Shown piece after piece: positions 31,537-40,277 of a DNA stretch of 64,000 nucleotides (positions are counted from its first letter, which is position 1; each line of letters starts with the position of its first letter). The stretch comes from an uncultured cyanobacterium. GTDB taxonomy: Bacteria > Cyanobacteriota > Cyanobacteriia > Pseudanabaenales > Pseudanabaenaceae. The notes beneath the pieces are model-generated. The model saw only the letters and a list, made by a program, of their open reading frames with translations, ran no database searches and had not been told where the DNA came from. The translations under genes were made by a program, and so were the position numbers. Location: NCBI GenBank assembly GCA_963703315.1, contig OY969811.1, positions 2,432,001 through 2,496,000 of the forward strand, given 5' to 3'.

Positions 31537-34500
31537 TTATGTTTGCGATTCGATCGCACCTTCGGCATCATTAGCGATCGCCTTTAAGCGATCCAACATA
31601 TCCGCAGTCACATCTTGCCACATCCCACGCTGATTCGCTTCTAGCAAGCGTTCCGACATATCTCGCAAAGCCCAAGGATTGCTAGATTTAATAAAATTCT
31701 GGACTTCAGGATTAAAGATATATGCCTCCGCAACCCCCTCATACATAAAGTCGGAAACGCAGTTAGTCGTAGCATCATAGGCAAATAGATAATCGAGCGT
31801 TGCCGACATCTCGAAAGCCCCTTTGTAACCGTGACGCATTGCCCCTGATATCCATTTGGGGTTAACGACACGTGATCGATAAACCCGCGCAATCTCTTCA
31901 CTCAATTTGCGAACCTTTGGCTGCGCCATGCGGGAATTATCGCCGAAGTACACTTCTGGCGCATTACCAGCTATGGATTTGACAGCCGTTGTCATCCCAC
32001 CCTGAAACTGATAATAATCATCGGAATCGAGAATGTCATGCTCACGGTTATCTTGATTTTGCAGCACGATTTGCATATTGCCAAGGCGTTGATTAAAGGC
32101 TTCAGGAGCCGATTTTCCTTCAGATTTGCTGGTGTAGGCGTAGGCACTCCAATTGATATAGGCACGGGCTAGATCCTGCTCACTCTCCCAGTTTTGCGAC
32201 TCGATCAAGCCCTGCAAACCTGCACCATAGGCACTCGGCTTCGAGCCAAATACCCGATAACGCGATCGCTCTTGGGCTTGTTCTAAAGTTAATCCTTCTC
32301 TTTGCCATTGTGCGGATTCTGCTTGGACTTTTGCCGCTAAGGGATTCTGATCGGCAGATTCATCAAGATTCGCAACCGCATTCACCGCACTATCAAATAG
32401 ATCGATCAAATTTGGGAACGCATCTCGAAAGAATCCCGAAATCCTCAAGGTGACATCGATACGAGGACGACCGAGGATTGATAAAGGCAAAATCTCAAAA
32501 TCCACCACTCGCCGCGATACGCCATCCCAAACAGGTTGCACTCCCAGTAAAGCCAGAGCTTCGGCTAGGTCATCACCTCCCGTTCGCATTGTGGAGGTTC
32601 CCCAAATAGATAGCCCTAGGGTTTGCGGATATTCGCCATGTTCTTGGGTATAGGTTTCGATCAGCACATCCGCAGCCTTGCGCCCAATATCCCAAGCGGT
32701 TTCCGTCGGTACGGCGCGAATATCTACAGAATAGAAATTGCGTCCTGTAGGTAATACTTCAGGTCTGCCCCTTGTCGGCGCACCCGATGCACCACTAGGC
32801 ACATATTCGCCATTGAGTCCACGCAGGAGATTGGTGATTTCTTGATTGGTTTTGTAGAGAGATGGTAAAAGGCGATCGCGAATCCATGTTAGTTCTTTTG
32901 GGATTGCAAGACCCTCATCCCCCAGCCCCTTCTCCCATGAAGGGAGAAGGGGAGCAAGATTTTTCCTGTCCCCCTCTCCCCCTTTGGGAGAGGGGCTAGG
33001 GGTGAGGGTATCCACCAAATCCGCCGCATATTCCTCTATAACTTCAACGGCATCGCCAATAATCCGACAATTCGCTAAGCGTGGATGCGAACTTGGCGCA
33101 AGCAACTCCCCTAAATCCGCAGTCAAGGGATCAAAATCTAATTGCCAATCCTGCGCGATCGCCCTAGTCAGTCCCAAACGATTAGCCGTAGGATTGCGGG
33201 CGATCGCTACTACTAAATCCCTTAACTGTCTCCCTTCTGGACATTGCCCGAAAATATGCAACCCGTCGCGAATTTGTGCTTCTTTAATTTCGCAGAGATA
33301 ACCATCGGCTGTCGTGAGAATTGTATTCAGCGAATCCTCTAAACGGTCTAAGGAAATCCCTAAATCATGATAGAGATTTTCCTGTTTGATGGTTTCTATG
33401 AGGCGATCGCGAATCATCCCTAAACGCGAAGGATCTAAAGTTTCTGCTTCGTAATATTCATCGATTAAGCCTTCCAATTGCTGCAAACCACCATACAACT
33501 CGGCGCGAGTCATTGGTGGCGTAAGATGATCGAGAATTACTGCTTGCGATCGCCTTTTTGCTTGAGAGCCTTCGCCGGGGTCGTTGACAATAAAGGGATA
33601 GAAATGGGGCATTGCTCCAAAAGCAGCTTCAGGATAGCAATTTTCTGATAGAGCTACACTTTTTCCGGGAAGCCATTCGAGATTGCCATGTTTGCCGATA
33701 TGGGCGATCGCATGGGCGTTAAACTTGTCGCGCACCCAATGATAGAAAGCCATATAGTCATGGGTCGGTTCTAAATCTGGCGCGTGATAATTGAGGGTAG
33801 GATCAAGGTCATAGCCCCGTGATGGCTGAATACCGACAAAAATATTCCCGAATTGAATGCCAGCGATCGCAAATTCTGTTTCACATTTTGGCTGATTCCA
33901 TCTTGACTGAATTCCATTTTGGACAGGTTCAGGCAAATTCTGAAAATAGTTTTGATAATCTTCTAGCGCTAAAGATTGATTAACTTGACGCAATCCAAAG
34001 GATTCGCGATCGTTAGTCACGCCTTTAGTTAACAACTTCATCAGTTCATCGCTAGTTTCAGGAATCTCACCAACGCTATAGCCCGAACTTCGCAAAGCTT
34101 TGAGAATCTCTAAACAACTAGCTGGCGTATCTAAGCCGACTCCATTGGCTAATCTGCCATCACGATTGGGATAGTTAGCGAGGATTAGAGCTATTTTGCG
34201 ATCGCACACCTCTGTATGCTTTAGCTGTATCCATTTAGCCGCCAGATCCGCCACAAAATTAATGCGCGATCGCACAGGTTCATAGGTCAATACTTCCGTT
34301 TGTAAAGCTAGATTCTGTCCCTGCATCGCTTTAAACGAAACAGCCCTCGTGATAATCCTGCCATCGACTTCAGGCAACACCACATTCATCGCCATATCGC
34401 GAGGATTGAGTCCTTGCGTACCATTTGCCCAAGTTTTCTTCAGTCCACCACTAAAAATCACCTGAAAGACTGGCACATTCAAAGCTTCCCATAGATCCAC

Positions 34501-35328
34501 TTGTGGTGTATCCGTTTTTAAACTCGCTAAAGAGAAGCTAGTCGTATTTAAAATCACATCGACTTTTTGACCAGATTCAGGTAAGCAATAGCGAATTAAT
34601 TCCGCTTGGACATCAGGTTCTTTTAATGATGAAACATAGATGGGTAAAGGCTCTAAATTGCGATCGCGCAAGGCTTCACATAAAGCAGCGATCGCCGCCG
34701 TATTCCCAGATAAATAATGAGCGCGATAAAAAAGAATCGCCACTCGCTCTCCCGATGGGAGAGGGGGCTGGGGGGTGAGGGTCTCATAAATTCCAATCCG
34801 AGGCACTGGTTGCGGAAGTTTATATTCAGACGCGACATCTAAAAATTCTTTAGCAACAAACTTCAATAGATTTTGATAGTTATTAACTCCCGCTTCGATG
34901 AAATATTGCCAAGCTTGATTTACTAAAGTTAGTGAGGTCGTAGAATGGCTAGTCAAACTAGGATCAGGACGCTCATCCCCCGGTAATACGATTAAGACCG
35001 CACCATTATTTAGTACAGTTTCCTTAACTACTTCCAATCCATAACTCCAGTAAGACTGCCCTCCAATTAATCTAACAATAATTACTTTTGCTTGCGATAG
35101 AACCTCTTCTGCATAGGTATCGATCGCGATTTGTTGCTGCAATTGCAATACATTCACTACCCTGATTTGTGGGAAATCTTCAGGTAATTGAGCAGTAGCC
35201 GCCGCAAGAGTCTGGATATCCGTATCGGCGGCAGTAATAATCACAATCGGTGCAGGTTGCTGCTCGACAAAAATTACACTGTCGGTGGACTGATTCCAGC
35301 CCCCTGATATGGTAGCGATACGATGCAT
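31537..35328 (-). CDS. cobN: Cobaltochelatase subunit CobN
   Basis: MHRIAT, GKHGNLEWLPGK, LPTGRNFYSVD, QDNREHD, NPKWI...HGYKGA; carries two in-frame repeat insertions. Confidence 0.95.
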   Translation of the reverse strand: MHRIATISGGWNQSTDSVIFVEQQPAPIVIITAADTDIQTLAAATAQLPEDFPQIRVVNVLQLQQQIAIDTYAEEVLSQAKVIIVRLIGGQSYWSYGLEVVKETVLNNGAVLIVLPGDERPDPSLTSHSTTSLTLVNQAWQYFIEAGVNNYQNLLKFVAKEFLDVASEYKLPQPVPRIGIYETLTPQPPLPSGERVAILFYRAHYLSGNTAAIAALCEALRDRNLEPLPIYVSSLKEPDVQAELIRYCLPESGQKVDVILNTTSFSLASLKTDTPQVDLWEALNVPVFQVIFSGGLKKTWANGTQGLNPRDMAMNVVLPEVDGRIITRAVSFKAMQGQNLALQTEVLTYEPVRSRINFVADLAAKWIQLKHTEVCDRKIALILANYPNRDGRLANGVGLDTPASCLEILKALRSSGYSVGEIPETSDELMKLLTKGVTNDRESFGLRQVNQSLALEDYQNYFQNLPEPVQNGIQSRWNQPKCETEFAIAGIQFGNIFVGIQPSRGYDLDPTLNYHAPDLEPTHDYMAFYHWVRDKFNAHAIAHIGKHGNLEWLPGKSVALSENCYPEAAFGAMPHFYPFIVNDPGEGSQAKRRSQAVILDHLTPPMTRAELYGGLQQLEGLIDEYYEAETLDPSRLGMIRDRLIETIKQENLYHDLGISLDRLEDSLNTILTTADGYLCEIKEAQIRDGLHIFGQCPEGRQLRDLVVAIARNPTANRLGLTRAIAQDWQLDFDPLTADLGELLAPSSHPRLANCRIIGDAVEVIEEYAADLVDTLTPSPSPKGGEGDRKNLAPLLPSWEKGLGDEGLAIPKELTWIRDRLLPSLYKTNQEITNLLRGLNGEYVPSGASGAPTRGRPEVLPTGRNFYSVDIRAVPTETAWDIGRKAADVLIETYTQEHGEYPQTLGLSIWGTSTMRTGGDDLAEALALLGVQPVWDGVSRRVVDFEILPLSILGRPRIDVTLRISGFFRDAFPNLIDLFDSAVNAVANLDESADQNPLAAKVQAESAQWQREGLTLEQAQERSRYRVFGSKPSAYGAGLQGLIESQNWESEQDLARAYINWSAYAYTSKSEGKSAPEAFNQRLGNMQIVLQNQDNREHDILDSDDYYQFQGGMTTAVKSIAGNAPEVYFGDNSRMAQPKVRKLSEEIARVYRSRVVNPKWISGAMRHGYKGAFEMSATLDYLFAYDATTNCVSDFMYEGVAEAYIFNPEVQNFIKSSNPWALRDMSERLLEANQRGMWQDVTADMLDRLKAIANDAEGAIESQT
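32912..33008. repeat. Inverted pair of G/C-rich palindromic repeats inserted in frame in cobN
   Basis: CCCTCATCCCCCAGCCCCTTCTCCC-atgaa-GGGAGAAGGGG and CCCCTCTCCC-ccttt-GGGAGAGGGGCTAGGGGTGAGGG; translated TLTPSPSPKGGEG...LLPSWEKGLGDEG. Confidence 0.85.
34743..34781. repeat. Single G/C-rich palindromic repeat in frame in cobN
   Basis: CTCTCCC-gat-GGGAGAGGGGGCTGGGGGGTGAGGG; translated TLTPQPPLPSGE. Confidence 0.8.
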
Positions 35329-35529
35329 TAGTTATCCAGATATTAGCGATCGGCAGTTATCATTATGTATTAAAGACTCCCTCGAAGCGCGATCGCAGAA
35401 CTTTTAGCATTGTCCGTGCTGTACGGAAATGGCTACGGGAAAGAAGTTAAATGATGAACTTATGACAAAAAGGTGTAAAACCTCCTGTCAAAAAGTAAAC
35501 TAAATCTTCAAGTACTACAGTTTTTTTGT

Positions 35530-36927
35530 ATGAGCCAGCCAACAGCCCCCCAACCTTGGAGTCAGCGTTTCGAGACAGCGCTACATCCTGCGATCGCACT
35601 ATTCAATGCCAGCATTAGTTTTGATATTAATTTAATTGAATACGACATTACTGGATCGCAAGCACACTCACGGATGTTAGCAAAGGTGGGGATCATTAGC
35701 GCCGAAGAAGGGGAATTACTGGTCAATGGGTTAGAGCAGATCCGTCAAGAATATCGTTCTGGCAATTTCAATCCCGGAGTTGATGCTGAGGATGTGCATT
35801 TTGCGGTAGAGCGTCGTCTCACTGAATTAATCGGAGATGTCGGCAAAAAAGTGCATACGGCGCGATCGCGAAATGACCAAGTGGCTACCGATGTGCGTTT
35901 GTATTTGCGTGACCAAATTCGCAAAATTCAAGAGGATCTACGGACTTGGCAAAAAACTTTGGTCACTAAAGCTGAACAGCAAGTCGAGACTTTTATTCCG
36001 GGATATACCCATCTGCAACGCGCCCAGCCGATTAGCCTTGCTCATCATCTCTTGGCATATTTTGAGATGGCGCAACGGGACTGGACAAGACTGGATCAAA
36101 TTTATGAAAGAGTAAATATTTCGCCTCTCGGTTCAGGTGCTTTGGCAGGTACGCCCCACCCGATTGATCGCCATTACAGTGCGGAACTTTTAAATTTTGG
36201 GTCGGTGGGACGCAATAGCCTTGATGGGGTGTCCGATCGCGATTTTGCTGTTGAATTTCTCTGTGCGGCAAGTTTGATCATGGTGCATCTCAGCCGCCTT
36301 TCTGAAGAAGTGATTCTCTGGTCATCACAAGAATTTAGTTTTGTGAAACTCAGCGATCGCGTCAGCACAGGTTCGAGTATCATGCCCCAAAAGAAAAATC
36401 CTGACGTTCCCGAATTGGTACGTGGTAAAACAGGGCGCGTATTTGGACATTTGCAAGGCTTACTGACGATTATCAAGGGCTTACCTCTGGCTTATAACAA
36501 AGATATGCAGGAGGATAAGGAAGGTATCTTTGATGCCGTAGTCACGGTTCGCGCTTGTTTGGAAGCAATGACAATTTTGATTGAAGAAGGAATTGAATTT
36601 CAGCCCAAACGTCTAGCAGAAGCAGTCGCCGAGGACTTCTCGAATGCTACCGATGTTGCTGATTATCTTGCATCTAAAGGCGTTCCTTTCCGTGAGGCAT
36701 ATCAACTAGTTGGAAAGCTGGTAAAAACCTGTACCAGTGAAGGGATTTTACTTAAGGATTTATCAGTTGAACGTTGGAAAACCTTCCATCCTCAATTTGA
36801 GGCAGATATTGTCGAGGCGATCGCCCCTGCCCAAGTCGTTAAGGTGCGTAATAGTTATGGTGGCACTGGTTTTGAGCAAGTCCGAATTCAATTAGAAGCT
36901 GCCAAAAAGCTGATTAATCTAGATTAA
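35530..36927 (+). CDS. argH: Argininosuccinate lyase
   Basis: [32 protein letters not shown]. Confidence 0.97.
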   Translation: MSQPTAPQPWSQRFETALHPAIALFNASISFDINLIEYDITGSQAHSRMLAKVGIISAEEGELLVNGLEQIRQEYRSGNFNPGVDAEDVHFAVERRLTELIGDVGKKVHTARSRNDQVATDVRLYLRDQIRKIQEDLRTWQKTLVTKAEQQVETFIPGYTHLQRAQPISLAHHLLAYFEMAQRDWTRLDQIYERVNISPLGSGALAGTPHPIDRHYSAELLNFGSVGRNSLDGVSDRDFAVEFLCAASLIMVHLSRLSEEVILWSSQEFSFVKLSDRVSTGSSIMPQKKNPDVPELVRGKTGRVFGHLQGLLTIIKGLPLAYNKDMQEDKEGIFDAVVTVRACLEAMTILIEEGIEFQPKRLAEAVAEDFSNATDVADYLASKGVPFREAYQLVGKLVKTCTSEGILLKDLSVERWKTFHPQFEADIVEAIAPAQVVKVRNSYGGTGFEQVRIQLEAAKKLINLD

Positions 36928-37491
36928 ATCTATGGGAAAAGATGTATGCGATCGCGTGATCGCATACATCTTCACATCCCAAGGACGTTCTTTTGTGAAC
37001 ACATAATTATGCAAAATCCCTTCAAACTGCATTCCTGACTTCTCTAAAACTCTCACCGAACCTACATTCTCTACTGCACAAAATGCCTGAATTCGGAGCA
37101 ATTGCATCACATGAAAGCCAAAAGCGATCGCTGCCGTAGCTGCCTCAGTCATTAACCCCTGTCCCCAATAATCCCTTGCTATTACATATCCCAATTCTGC
37201 ACGGCGATGGATCGGCGTAGTATGTAAACTGCAAGTTCCAATTAATTTACCGCTCTCTTTCTCAACGATTCCCCACTTCATCCCTTTTCCAGAACGATAG
37301 ATCGCAAAGGCAACGTTGTTTAAATATTCGTAAGTATCTTTTATTGACTGATGTGCATCCCATAATGTGTAATTTGTGACTTGGGGATCGCTGGCATAGG
37401 CAAAGATATCTTCTGCATCCTCAATGGTTATTTTACGAAGAATCAGTCTTGGTGTTTGTAAGGTCAAAAATTGTTCTGGTAAATCTAGCAT
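36919..37491 (-). CDS. GNAT acetyltransferase, RimJ/RimL family
   Basis: [14 protein letters not shown]...[20 protein letters not shown]. Confidence 0.88.
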   Translation of the reverse strand: MLDLPEQFLTLQTPRLILRKITIEDAEDIFAYASDPQVTNYTLWDAHQSIKDTYEYLNNVAFAIYRSGKGMKWGIVEKESGKLIGTCSLHTTPIHRRAELGYVIARDYWGQGLMTEAATAAIAFGFHVMQLLRIQAFCAVENVGSVRVLEKSGMQFEGILHNYVFTKERPWDVKMYAITRSHTSFPIDLI

Positions 37492-37637
37492 GGCGATGGT
37501 TCTATAATTTTCTACACAATGCTTTACATTTCACCTAGCATCACAGACTAAATGTAAAGTATTTATTTAGTGATAAACGTTTATAACAAATCCTAATTCC
37601 CATCCCTGAAATATTTAGTAATTAACAAGAAACGACT

Positions 37638-38654
37638 ATGACTATCGCTCCTGTCGCCCCTAGCAAGGTTTTACTCAAAGTTCCTGTTGACTCGAAGACT
37701 CGCGTGAAACAGTTCATGCAAGGCTTGCAAGACAGCATTTGCCAAGGTTTAGAAGAACTAGACGGCAAAGCCAAGTTTAAACAAGATCAGTGGGAACGTC
37801 CTGAAGGCGGTGGCGGGCGATCGCGTGTAATTACCGATGGTGACTATTTTGATAAGGGCGGCGTAAATTTTTCTGAGGTCTATGGCTCTCAGTTACCCCC
37901 CACCATTTTGCGCCATCACCCCGAAGTTGCAGGCGAAACATTCTATGCAACAGGTACTTCGATGGTGTTGCACCCTAAGAATCCTTACGCACCAACAGTG
38001 CATTTAAACTACCGTTATTTTGAAGCAGGTCCAATCTGGTGGTTTGGCGGTGGACTAGACCTCACCCCTTACTATGGATTTGCCGAAGATGCAAAACATT
38101 TGCATACTACTCTGAAAGAAGCTTGCGATCGCCACAATCCTCATTACTATCCTGTTTTCAAGCAATGGTGTGATGATTATTTTTTCCTCAAGCATCGCGG
38201 TGAGACTCGCGGTGTCGGTGGAATTTTCTTTGACTACCAAAATGGTGAAGAAGGACTTTACAAAAATAGTAATGACTCAACAACCGCCCAAGTCATGAGT
38301 GACGAGATCGGTGATGTACCTCGTACTTGGGAAGAGATTTTTGCCTTTGTTAATAGCTGCGGTAACTCTTTCTTGCCAGCCTATACCCCGATCGCCAATC
38401 GTCGCCGCAATATGGAATATGGCGATCGCGAAAAGCAATGGCAACTCTACCGTCGTGGACGCTATGTAGAATTTAACCTCGTCTATGATCGCGGCACAAT
38501 TTTCGGTCTGCAAACCAACGGACGCACCGAATCAATCCTGATGTCTCTACCTCCGCTAGTACGTTGGGACTACGACTATCATCCTGAACCTAATACTCCC
38601 GAAGCTGAACTCAATGAGACTTTCTTAAAGCCTCAAGATTGGGTTAACTGGTAA
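37638..38654 (+). CDS. hemF: Oxygen-dependent coproporphyrinogen III oxidase
   Basis: HPKNPYAPTVHLNYR, WWFGGGLDLTP, RGRYVEFNLVYDRGT. Confidence 0.96.
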   Translation: MTIAPVAPSKVLLKVPVDSKTRVKQFMQGLQDSICQGLEELDGKAKFKQDQWERPEGGGGRSRVITDGDYFDKGGVNFSEVYGSQLPPTILRHHPEVAGETFYATGTSMVLHPKNPYAPTVHLNYRYFEAGPIWWFGGGLDLTPYYGFAEDAKHLHTTLKEACDRHNPHYYPVFKQWCDDYFFLKHRGETRGVGGIFFDYQNGEEGLYKNSNDSTTAQVMSDEIGDVPRTWEEIFAFVNSCGNSFLPAYTPIANRRRNMEYGDREKQWQLYRRGRYVEFNLVYDRGTIFGLQTNGRTESILMSLPPLVRWDYDYHPEPNTPEAELNETFLKPQDWVNW

Positions 38655-38661
38655 GTCTAGT

Positions 38662-38691
38662 AAAAAAGCACCCCGCAAGGGGTGCTTTTTT
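38662..38691. terminator. Bidirectional intrinsic terminator
   Basis: aaaaaagcacccc-gcaa-ggggtgctttttt. Confidence 0.75.
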
Positions 38692-39433
38692 ATTGGTTGG
38701 GGTCGATGCCTTGCGATCGCAAAATTGCCTCTAATCGATCTGCTCTTTGGTTTGCCTTTTCCTTAGCTAAGCGTTCCTGCTCCTCTGGCAATGGAATAAG
38801 TTCACCATCAGCATTAAAATAGCGCAATTGTCTCTCATGGATACCTAGATACAAATGTAATTGATCACTCCATAGATAGCCATTCTCATTAGGGGCGATC
38901 GCCTGATATAAACCATCAACTAAATGGAATCCAGCAAACTCTAATGTCTCTGGATGAAACCAAAAGTAATTAGGCACGCGCCAAATATCTTGATAGAGTT
39001 GTTTTTTTGCACCGCGATCCACTTTAGCTGTCGAATTAGATAATAATTCAATTACTAAATTTGGATACTTGCCATCCTCATCCCAAACTACCCAACTACG
39101 GCGATCGCGTTTCTCTGTACCCATCACCACGAAGATATCTGGTCCCGCGAAGTTTCGTGACTTGAGTTGCTTTTTGTTGTAATAAACCGTCAAGTTGCCA
39201 GAGATATAAAAGTCGGGGCGATCGCGCCAGAAGTATTCTAAAAGACGAATTAATAGGTCAATCTGGCGGCGGTGAAAGTCTGTTTCCAATTGTGGTTCAT
39301 CACTATATAAATTTGTGGGCAGTAGCTGAATTTCATCAATAACATCATCAATCAACTCTTCCCTGATTTCATTATTGATGGTTGTTTCGCTAACAGATGG
39401 TGGATTGACATTCAGTAGAACCATTGCTAGCAC
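38690..39433 (-). CDS. Uma2-family endonuclease
   Basis: SDEPQLET..H, GPDIFVV, PNLVIELLS.ST...DRG.KK, coiled-coil tail. Confidence 0.9.
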   Translation of the reverse strand: MLAMVLLNVNPPSVSETTINNEIREELIDDVIDEIQLLPTNLYSDEPQLETDFHRRQIDLLIRLLEYFWRDRPDFYISGNLTVYYNKKQLKSRNFAGPDIFVVMGTEKRDRRSWVVWDEDGKYPNLVIELLSNSTAKVDRGAKKQLYQDIWRVPNYFWFHPETLEFAGFHLVDGLYQAIAPNENGYLWSDQLHLYLGIHERQLRYFNADGELIPLPEEQERLAKEKANQRADRLEAILRSQGIDPNQ

Positions 39434-39592
39434 TCCATTACAAAAGTAACTTTAGTATAAGCCTAAATTTCGTTTTTAGGTGCGTATTCAGATTGTGAGT
39501 AGATAAGGTACTTTATTTCGCTTATTGAAAGTAATGATATAAATTAGCGATCGCTATATCAAACAATTATTTAACTACATCTATTTTCAAAG

Positions 39593-39994
39593 CTACCAAA
39601 TTGTCTGAATATTTGATAAGTTTCTGATTTTATGGTCTTTTGTAACTAGAGGCAGACCGAGGTATAGAGAAGTTGCAGCAATAATGCGATCGCCCATTTC
39701 TGGAACAATATCACGCGGAATTTGGGTAAAAGCTTTGGCTACTGGGGTATCTAATGGGACAACAACTAATTTTACAAGTGGATCGTCTATGAGTTGTAAA
39801 AGTTGCTCTAGAGAACTTGTGGGAATCCGATTTTTCTCAACTAAATAATTCATTTCTACAAGAGAAATGGCAGATATAAAAATTGATTCGCCATTGTTTA
39901 AGGCATTATCAAGGGAGGTTAATGCATTTGTTGATAATTTTTCTGGGCTTCGCAGATACCAAATAATTGTGTGGGTGTCAGCTACAACGCTCAT
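39593..39994 (-). CDS. vapC: VapC/PIN toxin
   Basis: VADTHTIIW, SAISLVE, DRIIAATS, LVTKD. Confidence 0.88.
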   Translation of the reverse strand: MSVVADTHTIIWYLRSPEKLSTNALTSLDNALNNGESIFISAISLVEMNYLVEKNRIPTSSLEQLLQLIDDPLVKLVVVPLDTPVAKAFTQIPRDIVPEMGDRIIAATSLYLGLPLVTKDHKIRNLSNIQTIW

Positions 39995-40230
39995 AGTTCA
40001 ATATCCTTGGGGAAGTTTGCCCACATTTCTTTTCTGTTTGTAGAAAGTTCTTCTTCGGTGAGGTTAATATCTGCATTTGCCCATAAGCCTTTGATGCTTT
40101 TACTTGGATTTTTAGGTGTTGTCTTAGCTTGCAAAAATTCGGCAAACTCTAACAGTGCTTGCTGTTTTTCGGTTGGTAGGGTTTTGATGACTGCGATTAA
40201 GGTTTCTTCGATTTTAGGTAATGTTTGCAT
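39991..40230 (-). CDS. DUF2281-like antitoxin
   Basis: LPTEKQQALLEFAEFL...KGLW; 4-bp overlap with vapC. Confidence 0.75.
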   Translation of the reverse strand: MQTLPKIEETLIAVIKTLPTEKQQALLEFAEFLQAKTTPKNPSKSIKGLWANADINLTEEELSTNRKEMWANFPKDIEL

Positions 40231-40277
40231 GATTTTGACTCCATTAGATTGTTAGATGACAACAAAAACAGTTCTCT

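Noticed and set aside
35329..35529. Cobalamin riboswitch upstream of cobN
   Set aside because: Could not find B12-box or conserved core motifs on either strand
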